Positions 44,455 to 53,567 of a DNA stretch of 64,000 bases are shown here, piece after piece. Origin of the DNA: Eledone cirrhosa (lineage: Eukaryota). The stretch spans positions 6,572,001 through 6,636,000 of the forward strand of contig OZ024743.1 in the NCBI GenBank assembly GCA_964016885.1. The letters run 5' to 3'. The position numbers and the translations under genes were made by a program. The stretch's first letter is position 1; each line of letters starts with the position of its first letter. The notes below the pieces were generated by a model. That model made no database searches, had not been told where the DNA came from, and was given only the letters and a program-made list of their open reading frames with translations.

Positions 44455-44625
44455 CCATCTTCTTCTTCCTTGCTGACGTATTCCTGAGAGGGTCAGGGGG
44501 GCACAGTTCTCAAACACTCCTTCCAGCGGATTCTGTCAGAAGCAACTGTCTCCAAATGATCCAGCTGGATCCCCAAGCATGACCAGCGAAGCTCATGAAT
44601 ATTATCCAACCATCTTTCAGATGAA
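44455..44625 (-). mobile_element. Short 3' remnant of another non-LTR retrotransposon with a (GAA)n tail
   Basis: Reverse frame reads RWLDNIHELRWSCLGIQLDHLETVASDRIRWKECL, like RTE-group C-termini (W.D.......A.DR..W), followed by GAAGAAGAAGA. Confidence 0.55.
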
Positions 44626-45733
44626 TGACCAATATAATTTCTATCCAAAATACTTCCTATCTTTTTGAACTTTTAATCTTGTTAATCTTGTCATTGGTGA
44701 CAACTGAAAGGGAGCTTTGGCGAGATCCTGTTGAGACTTGTACAGTTGTTGTGTTGCAGTTGCAGAATTATCAGAAACCTAAGAAGAAACATATAATTCC
44801 AATGCTTGTATACTTGTCCATGAATAAGTGATTACTCATGTATGATCATAGACTTAAAACTTGCTTTATATACCAACATTTGTGATAAAAGATTGTTGTA
44901 CATCCAAAGATTTACCAATATTTTTGACATAGCTACAGTTTAGTGCTCCAAACCCCAAATTTGTTTTTTGATACTTTCTTAATAATACATATTTTGTAAT
45001 GCAATTTTTCAGATATACGTTTTCCATGATGAAGATTCCTCCAATTAAGGACTTCTATATAGTATATAGAGTCAATATAATAATAGATATTAATGATGAC
45101 CTTATTGGCTTTTTTCTTAAAAATAAGATTTTTCTAATATGTCCTGACAAAGGAAATTTATTCACTACTAAACTAAAGCATAGGAAATACTTCTCACACC
45201 TATTTCCTGATTATTTGACCTTTCCATGCCCTACCAAATAGGCAGCCTATCCCTCACCTTTCTTCCTACTACACTTTGATAAATGTATCACCTACTCTTC
45301 AATCATGCTATATATATATGTAGTGAAAGTTTCATCTCATTTTCATTGTTTTGATTAGCTACTAATGTTTGTAAATCTTCGAAGTAATTGTTACAAACAC
45401 CCCCCCCCCCCCCCCACACACACACACACACACAGTCGACAGATATTGAGAACTGCTCCCTCAGTTTTAAGGTTTGATTTTATTTTTTCAATATTACAGA
45501 ATCATGAATGAAACTATTCTTCTTAATTTGGTAATAAATATAATGTAATCTATTTTGTATACACAGCTAGTAATATATATGATATGGCTTCTTGTATATG
45601 TGCATTTAGTAATACATGTATAATCCATTTTAATTGTGCATTTGGTAATACATACATGATCCATTTTGTATGTGCATAAAAATATGTATTTACAAAAATA
45701 TTTTTTCCCAAACTATGCTACATGTACATAGTG

Positions 45734-46005
45734 CAGCGGCGTGCAGAGCTCTGGTGATGCCCGGAGCAAATCTTGATTGTATGCCCCAAAGACTCAAGTA
45801 TAAGGCCTAATACACTGAGAAATATTATGAGAAAGGAAAACATTTTGAATATATAAACACAGATGAGACATAAAATAAACACTTTATTCGATTTTAATAT
45901 AAGTCAATCAAATTTATAAAGTTCTTTTCCCCAAATGATGCCCACATTCAAAAGATGCTCGAGGCCAACGCGCCATCGCCCCCCCCCCCCCCCTGCATGC
46001 TACTG
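45734..46005. mobile_element. Non-autonomous hAT-type DNA transposon (MITE)
   Basis: 8-bp TSD ACATAGTG at 45726-45733 and 46006-46013; imperfect TIRs CAGCGGCGTGCAG / CTGCATGCTACTG. Confidence 0.85.
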
Positions 46006-46239
46006 ACATAGTGGCAATTTTACGTAGCATGAGAATTTTCAAACTACCACAGCGCACTTTGTATTGTTTGTAGTATGTGTTATATTTAAGGAATTATGAA
46101 ATTTGTCTGGCTTATTGCTTTAATTGCATGTTTAATGGATGCAGAGGATATGTGAAGGCTGGAGACAAATGAATCAGGCATGTTCCATTGTATGTGTAAT
46201 GTTAGTGTGCATGAAGAATCATAGATGAATTGAGAGAAA

Positions 46240-46860
46240 ACTAGGCCTAAGAATTGTGCTTGAGAGAAGATTGCACTGATGAACCAATTGAACCCATACA
46301 TGGAAAATGAATGTAAATACTGTTGTGGAGCCATGGTCAATGATTTTGAAGTAAACCCGCTATCTTTCTGCTTTAGTGCAGATCAAACCCCTTGATACAT
46401 TGCCTTGAATGACACCATCAGAAGGAGTTTTAACACAGCCAGTTTTCCATCCCAGCTAGAGCCTGCTAGCCTCATTCGTGGTGAGGGTAAGGACCCAGAG
46501 GAGATAATCCTCTTCCCATTTGAGAAAGGTGCATTTCTAATCTTGGACACCATGTACTGTGACACATTCCCCATTGTTGCTTTGACCACAAAACCAGGCA
46601 CCACAGCCCATAATGTGGAGGAGAGAAATATAGCTAAATACTGAGTCTTGATTGACTTCTTTCTTTTCGTGCCGGTCATCATCAATACCTCAAGTTTCCT
46701 AGGTTTCCAAACTACCATTTCCTCCACAAAATCAGAATGAGGGCATCTCACTTGAGGAAGGGGCCCTGTGAGGTAAAGTGGCTGGTGCAGCAAATGTTGC
46801 TGGCTGTTCTCTGTAGCAATGCCATCACCATTTTGTCTACATGGTACAACTAAAATATAT
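46240..46860 (+). mobile_element. Decayed 3' part of a restriction-like-endonuclease (CRE-like) non-LTR retrotransposon
   Basis: Frame reads ECKYCCGAMV..LSFCFSA..*YIALNDTIRRSF..FPSQLEPASLIRGEGKDPEEI.LFPF..LILDT..DTF..EERNIAKY. This is a degenerate zinc knuckle plus the LND..LEP..DGKRPDG..D..K..KY pattern of RLE domains; it contains stops. Confidence 0.7.
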
Positions 46861-47309
46861 CACTCAGACTGGGGAGTTGAGTCTGTCGCTACCTCCCACC
46901 CTTTTCCTTACTTTTGCTATTTAAAATGTTTTCTCTTTTTTTTTCCATTTCTTTTCTTCTTTTTCTTTTTTCTAAATATGTAATCGTAGATGCGAGGACA
47001 TATATTGTTGATGACATGTTTGTTACTTAGTAAAAATTAATTTAATTAAATGCACAAATTATGATCAGTTTGTAAGAAGTCATATAGGGTTTGTCTTCAT
47101 TAATTCTTCTATGCAGTAATTGATTGCATGCTTTCATTTTTTAATTATCATTGTAATAAAACACAGGATCACATGACAAGCAATTTGTGATACGTTTGTT
47201 TTGGGAAGTGGTAATTTGAGCATGTATGGTCTTTGAGATCTTCCTCCCTACCTTTCTCTTTCACAGTGTTGACAAGACATACCCACATTCTAGATGGTCA
47301 GTAGTTTAA

Positions 47310-47484
47310 CATCAGCTATCTATAGATATCTACCTATGTATCTATCTATTTTCAGACAATAAAAAAAGCATCTATCAATCTATCTACCTATCTATCTGTT
47401 TGTCTTTCTATCTACCAGCCTACCTGTCTATCTATCTTTTTATCTATCTACCTACCTACCTACCTACATACCAACTTATACATC

Positions 47485-47520
<36 letters not shown>
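47310..47520. repeat. Compound microsatellite (TATC)n/(CTAC)n/(TG)n
   Basis: Direct reading. Confidence 0.9.
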
Positions 47521-47522
<2 letters not shown>

Positions 47523-47877
47523 GGCACATGGCTTAGTGGTTAGAGCACCAGGCTTACAATCGTGAGGTTGTGAGTTCAATTGCTGGATTGGGATGTGTGT
47601 TGTGTTCTTGAGCAAGACACTTTATTTCATGTTGCTCCAGTTCACTCAGCTGTAAAAATGAGTTGTGACATCACTAGGGCCAAGCTGTATCGACCTTTGC
47701 CTTTCCTTTGGACAACATGGGTTGCATGGAGAGGGGAGACTGGTATGAATGGAGAGGGGAGGCTGGTATGAATGGGTGACTGTTGGCCTTCCACAAACAA
47801 CTTTGCCCGGACTTGTGCCATGGAGGGGAACTTTCTAGGTACAAATCCTATGATCACTCATGACCAAAGGGGGTCTT

Positions 47878-47882
<5 letters not shown>
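47521..47882 (+). mobile_element. tRNA-derived CORE-like SINE with a different 3' tail from the 44031 copy; internal 22-bp tandem duplication
   Basis: Same A/B boxes and CORE-like block as 44031-44175. ATGGAGAGGGGAGRCTGGTATG occurs twice at ~47726-47770. A tail homolog lies at ~51560-51745. Confidence 0.85.
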
Positions 47883-47909
<27 letters not shown>

Positions 47910-47913
<4 letters not shown>

Positions 47914-48415
47914 ATGAAATTATTGTGTACAGTGCTCAGGTACACTACAACTCGTCAAAGGTGCATGTATAATACATAGAATAATATACAAATATCAGGG
48001 AAGTGAATAGTGTATGAGTCATGATATACATGTGTGTATGTGTATGGAGGGGGAACATTAGGTGTAGTGTTGGCGAATCTAGGGAAGCATTGAGGTTTTA
48101 AAGGATGCAGTGTCTTGACAGCTAACAACTGATGCAGGTAGTTTGTTCCATGAGCTGCCATCAGTGATCCAGGTGATGTCTTCAAGAAACTCGATAACTT
48201 GATCACAGCAGCTGGAGTTAAATCCAAATTGCGAGGGCCGGATAAGGCTGTGAGAGTTCCAGAAGTTCCAAAGTGTTTCTCTGACACAGGATTCCATCAG
48301 TTTGGCAATGCAACTTGTAAGACTGACTGGACGATAGTTCACAGGTGATGTGCGGTCACCCTTTTTGAACAGAGGAATGACACTGGCAGTTTTCCACTGT
48401 TCTGGAGTAGCACCA
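47910..48415 (-). mobile_element. CR1/L2-group LINE fragment with the RT core deleted, bounded by (TA)n on both sides
   Basis: IPLFKKGDR..NYRPVSLTSCIAKLME..QFGF is fused in frame to the C-terminal WNKLP.SVV....ASFK motif, followed by a 3' UTR ending in a TA tract. Confidence 0.8.
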
Positions 48416-49123
48416 TTGTTATATATATATATATATATTTATTTAGGTTTGTTGGTTTACCACTGGATAGAACTGGATAGAACTGGTCATTCCGTATGGT
48501 CAACCTCGATGTAGTTTTATGGAGAGCACTGAACGTAATGCAACTCACCCGTCTTCGTTTGTGTAGTTGGTGGTGAGAGTACAGAGTTAATTATTATAAA
48601 TATATATATATATATCCACACATATATATATCTATATATATATATATATCCACTTATCTATATCTATCTACATATCTATTTATGTATATTGAAAATGTCT
48701 CTATCTTCAGATAATAACAATAACACAGTAGAAACCCTATTACCAGAAGATACATAAATAGATAGATAGAACAAAGTCATTGTAATTTAGTGAATATATG
48801 TTTGATGATTAGAGAAAATATAGAAGAAAATTATTTTAATTGATTGAAATGAATGTAAAATGAAATACAGCAATGGCCAGAATGACAAGAGCGAGAAGGT
48901 CAAGGATAATCAGGGATTCATGCGTCAAAGAATGTTGTAATCAAGGAATTATTGAATTTATTGTTTTTTTAATATAAACTCTGACATTTTTGACAAATGC
49001 TATTCTAAATTAAAATGTTTTCTGAAATATATCTATAAAATTGAACTGAAAGTAAAAGGTTTTCTACCAAATTTATTACACTTTCATGGTAATGATAAGA
49101 ATATTTATGAACAGAATTGTAAC

Positions 49124-49419
49124 CAGGGCCGGATTTAATAGGAGGGGGGGGACAAAAGGAGCAATTGTCCCGAGCCCCCTGCAGTGGGGGGCACCAGCGA
49201 CGGCTGTATCAATTTATTTGTGCCCTCAGCTGGGCTTTTTAGTTTTAGGATGGTTAGAATTTTGAATTTAATGTATGTATAACTTTTCAATTCCAAATAC
49301 TTGTGCCAAGCTAACTTTGATGTGTAAAATTGGGGGGTTGCTATGTCTTCTAATTTTTTGTGTATGAGAAGCCCCCAAAAGAAGTGCCCCTGGCCCCACA
49401 AGGTCTAAATCCAACCCTG
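49124..49419. mobile_element. Non-autonomous hAT-type DNA transposon (MITE)
   Basis: 8-bp TSD ATTGTAAC at 49116-49123 and 49420-49427; TIRs CAGGGCCGGATTTA / TAAATCCAACCCTG; GC-rich subterminal motifs. Confidence 0.88.
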
Positions 49420-49614
49420 ATTGTAACAACATAAAATTAGAAAAATAAACATTGGTATACTCTATACTATATTAGGTTGTCATTTATAAACACAAACAAT
49501 AACATAAATATAGTCAGTGATGAAATTGTTACTTGTTTATTACATCTGTACTTCAAATTTTTAACAAATTTAGATCCCAAGATGAAATATTTTTCATTGA
49601 CTTTCTTTCTTTAG

Positions 49615-49812
49615 ATCATCATCATCGTCATTTTATGTCCATTTTCTATGGTTAGCATGGGTTGAACAGGTTGTCACCACTCAATATAAGTTGGGTAACT
49701 TATATTGTTCATATGTTTCATATTATGGCATAGTTTTTACAGCTGCATGCCCTTCCTAATACCAACCACTTTACAGAGTGTACTGAGAGCATTTTATCAT
49801 GGTACTATCACT
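49615..49812 (-). mobile_element. RTE-type tail fragment with a single satellite-like unit
   Basis: (CAT)n, TTTTACAGCTGCATGCCCTTCCTAATACCAACCACTTTACAGAGTGTACTGAGAGCATTTTATCATGG. Confidence 0.75.
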
Positions 49813-50035
49813 ATCACTTAACAAAGGGAATTGGGTGAATTTTATAGTGGCATCAATGCAACCATTTTACAGATATATTTCATTTAATTTATATAGTCTA
49901 AAAAATTGATTAGCTAGGATATTATCCCTAAAATACAATAATAAAAACGAAAATAATATACAATAGAAGTATTTTTAAATATGTTTGAAAACAAATTGGA
50001 TATTAAATGGAACCTATATTTCTTTTTAATTTCAG

Positions 50036-50132
50036 CTATGTTATCCAACCTGCAGAAAGACAAGCTACACCAGTGGGTATGAAAAAAAGGAATATCTTAC
50101 CTGGTAGAGGAATTGATTCCATTAGATTATAA
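50036..50132 (+). CDS. KCNT: Terminal coding exon of the Slo2/KCNT-like channel
   Basis: Acceptor tttctttttaatttcAG, phase-compatible with the 42216 donor (GT|C = Val). Reads (V)YVIQPAERQATPVGMKKRNILPGRGIDSIRL*, completing GDLVYVIQP. An AT-rich 3' UTR follows. Confidence 0.72.
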
Positions 50133-50585
50133 GATTAATAATACAATACTGTTATAACAGATGCAATTTCATCTCATTTATTTTATTTTTTAAATATTAT
50201 TACTTGAGATTTATCATTTTATTAATAATTTTAAAAAATAGCAATCTTCATTTTTTAAAAATATAAGTTGAAGAAATTAAAATATAAACAATAATCCACA
50301 TTCATCAATACTACTGTTGAAATTTTCCCAAATATAAATTTGAAATACACAGTTAAATTACACAGCATATGCAGACATGAATTAAATTGTGCATGCATGC
50401 ATGTATGTACAGGTTTTTTTATTGTTTGTTGCAGCAATACGGAAATAATGCAAATAATTCTTTTCTTTTTTCTGTATTAACTCAGAAGCAACTTTTTTTG
50501 AATTCTAATTAATGTTCAGAAAAACAGAATAATTATTTTCATGAATTATAACAAAAATTGTTTCTGAAGGATATGATAAGAAATC

Positions 50586-50591
50586 AATAAA
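50586..50591 (+). terminator. Candidate polyadenylation signal AATAAA for the channel transcript
   Basis: AATAAA about 450 bp after the stop; weak evidence in AT-rich DNA. Confidence 0.25.
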
Positions 50592-51165
50592 ATATCAATA
50601 TAGTATTATTAAAAATACTTCGACAAAATATTGCATTTTTCAGTTTATAGAAACCAACAAAGAACAGTACCTTTATTTTTATATACATGAAGATATGTTG
50701 CTCTATTCTGTGTAGCTGAAAATTGACACTACTTCCACTTTAAAATTAGCAGTATGAAGTACATCTATTTGTAAAAATACTTTTCTATTAACATATATAA
50801 CAATATCTAGAATTTTCAAAAGTCATACTAGCCATGAAAATAGATTAAAAGCATTTCTTTTTTGTAAGTGACACTGTCCACTACACTATTCACAACATAA
50901 TTAGATAGTTGTGGAGTTGAAAGTACATTTATCACAAATAAATAGATTAAAATATGAGGTAACAGAAAATATCATCTATCATTGATAAGTGTGGGATATA
51001 ACTCCGAGTAACAGGACTTGCAAAAGTATTATTTACCAAATTGCTAAGTAAACGTAATAAAATTGTACCTATATTGGTGTAAATAAATTATGACAAATTT
51101 GATGAGTATGGAGTTGTCTCCCATACATTTTGATAGTCATCAACTAGTATTAATTTCCTTTTATT

Positions 51166-51348
51166 GCGGTGGATTGGCAGTATCAGTGGAGGGTCGGACG
51201 CCATGCTTTCCAGCATAGTTACGTCCCTTTACGATCTGAGTTCAAATCCCGCCGAATTTGACTTTGCCTTTCATCCTTACGGGGTCGATAAAATAAAGTA
51301 CCAGTAATGCACTGGGTAATTGCTGGCCTTGTGCCTAAAGTAGAGACA
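51166..51348 (+). mobile_element. tRNA-derived SINE with a Deu/Nin-like central domain and a 17-bp TSD
   Basis: TSD ATTAATTTCCTTTTATT at 51149-51165 and 51349-51365; B box GAGTTCAAATCCC; GCCTTTCATCCTTACGGGGTCGATAAAATAAAGTACCAG. The domain name is from recall. Confidence 0.85.
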
Positions 51349-51559
51349 ATTAATTTCCTTTTATTGGAATATACTTTTAACTTTTTAAAGTTGTAATAAT
51401 TCAATATGTTTTCACATACGTAACTACCTTTTGTAATTGTTTTATTTGTGATATTTTAAAACTAAAATATGAAGTATTTTTACTGGAATATAATTGGGAT
51501 TGATAGTCCCATACTTTAATATGCTGCTCCAGCCAATTCTACGTAATGAGTTCTGATAT

Positions 51560-51745
51560 TACTGCTGTCAAACTGTATTGGCATTTGTCTTTCTCTTGGA
51601 AAACATTAGTAGTGTAGAGAGGAAAGGTTGATGTACATGGGTGACTCCTTGTCTTCTACAAAAACACCTTGCCTAGGCTTGTGCCTTAGAGAAGAACTTT
51701 CTATGTGCAAACCGATGAGCAGTAATGAGCAATAGTTGGCCTTCA
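51560..51745 (+). mobile_element. Degenerate 3' half of the 47521-type SINE
   Basis: CAAACTGTATTGGCATTTG..CTTGCCTAGGCTTGTGCCTTAGAGAAGAACTTTCTATGTGCAA aligns with 47680-47845. Confidence 0.65.
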
Positions 51746-52099
51746 AATTACTTTAAAAGACCAGCAAACATGAAATATATAATTCAGATTGTTATTAATA
51801 AGGAGAAATGAGTTTTAACAGCTGCCAAATTGTTGGATTTTCCGTTCCAAATTATTTTGTTTTTTCATACTAATAATTTATAGTCTAATATTTTTTTCTT
51901 TTCCAAACATTCTATCCAAGAAAATATCAAGCAATAAAATTATATGAATCTTACCTTATGTGTTTATGATTACAAACTTTTAAAATATTTTATACTTGAA
52001 AGTATTGAAACATGTCAATTAATAGTATGATAATACTAGTTGTTTATTATATTATATTATATTCCTATTCTTTTAATGTGGTAGATTGGTTGCAGAACA

Positions 52100-52250
52100 G
52101 TAAAACCAGCTATAACTGGCCACTTATACTGGTGTTAAGGTATTGTTCTCAAAATAAATAATCTTGTAGATTCGATATTATATGAAATAATTATGAGATA
52201 AAGCCTTTACCATGAAAATATAATAGCATATATCGAGTAATAAAAATGCT
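52100..52250 (+). mobile_element. Partial copy of the piggyBac-type MITE at 56789
   Basis: GGTATTGTTCTCAAAATAAATA..ATAATTATGAGATAAA..TTTACCATGAAA..GAGTAATA shared with 56875-56995. Confidence 0.75.
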
Positions 52251-52420
52251 TGTAGTATTTCTTCTGGCATTTTACTTTCTGAGTTCAAATCCCATTGAGG
52301 CTAGTTTTGTCTTTCATCCTTCTGTATTTGATAAAATAATGTACCCATAAAGTATTAGGGTCAATATAGATGACTGTTCCCTTCCACCAAGTTTAAAGCC
52401 TTGTATTTTAAAGTGGTAGA
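52245..52420 (+). mobile_element. Degenerate Deu/Nin-like SINE
   Basis: CTGAGTTCAAATCCC..TTTTGTCTTTCATCCTT..GATAAAATAATGTACC..GCCTTGT, as in 51166-51348. Confidence 0.7.
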
Positions 52421-52879
52421 TTTATTAGAAAAACAAAAGATGCTTTATGGTTCGAGTTGACTACCACACTGTTTTACATATTTAAAGTCAACAATAATTT
52501 TATGCAACAATACTTTCTTACAAAATTGCCACTGTACTAAAAAAATCCACAGTATTTAATTTCATTTGCCATAGGATAAAGAAAGTAAAGTACAAAACAT
52601 GGTTTCAGATTGTAGTCATGTAGAAAATTTCTATTCAACCAAAGATATATATATCCACAGGGAAAATGAAAATTCTAAAAATAATAAGATTAGATCAGAA
52701 AAGGGTTCACTAGAAAAACCTTATAAATGAAGAGTAATATAGTTTATATGAAATATTGTGAGATCTATATTTGAACTTGTTTTAGAAAAGCCAATACAAA
52801 GCAAGTTAAAAATAGGAGGGTGGCATTTTAGCTCCAAATTATCAAAGAAATATAAAGTACTAGATTACCCATGACTTGT

Positions 52880-53410
52880 TGGGTCATGTTCACTTAAAAA
52901 TAATTTTTAAATAATTAAAATATACACAGACATGTATATAATGTAAAATGAAATTAGAAAATCATTCTCACTTAAGAATATTCTTTAAATATGCCAAAAC
53001 ATATTCTTTTAATCATATTCACTTGAAAATAACTTTTTAAAAAATTAAAATATTCTTTGTGTAAAGAAAGCCTAAATATAGATTCTTACTGTATGACAAC
53101 TTGTATTTTCGAAATCACATTCACTTTAAAATATTTCTAAATAATTAAAATATTCTGTTTAACAATAGCAAAAATATAAACATTTACTGTAAAAACAACT
53201 CATATTTTTCAGTCATATTCACTTTGAAATATTTTTTTTTTAATAACTAAAATATCGTCTGTTTAATCGTCTGTTTAAAGAAAGCTGAAATATAGATAGT
53301 TAAAGTTCAAACAACTTGTATTTTTGAAATCATATTCACTGACAAATCACTGAAAAAAAATTTTTTAATGAATTTTTAAAATTCTATTCACTTAAAAATA
53401 TTTTTTGATG
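52880..53410. repeat. Degenerate AT-rich ~100-bp tandem repeat
   Basis: CAYATTCACT..AAATA..TAAAATA..ACAACTYRTATTTT recurs at ~53014, 53116, 53214 and 53331, with partial units at either side. Confidence 0.7.
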
Positions 53411-53567
53411 GTCCCGTATGTATGGTCCCGTAACTCCTGATAGAATTATAGGGGTGCCATATTGACATACAGCATTTCTTGGGCATTTAAGCCTGGCAGA
53501 GCTCATCCCTCTCCAGGTCTGAGTACAGCAGATTTTTCTAGAAAAGATAGAAAGTGAGAAAGAGGAA

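Noticed and set aside
41549-51404. Short AT-rich ORFs (41549, 42633, 44625, 44999, 46086, 49135, 50255, 51219)
   Set aside because: They show no recognisable domains and most overlap repeats or low-complexity intron/UTR sequence.
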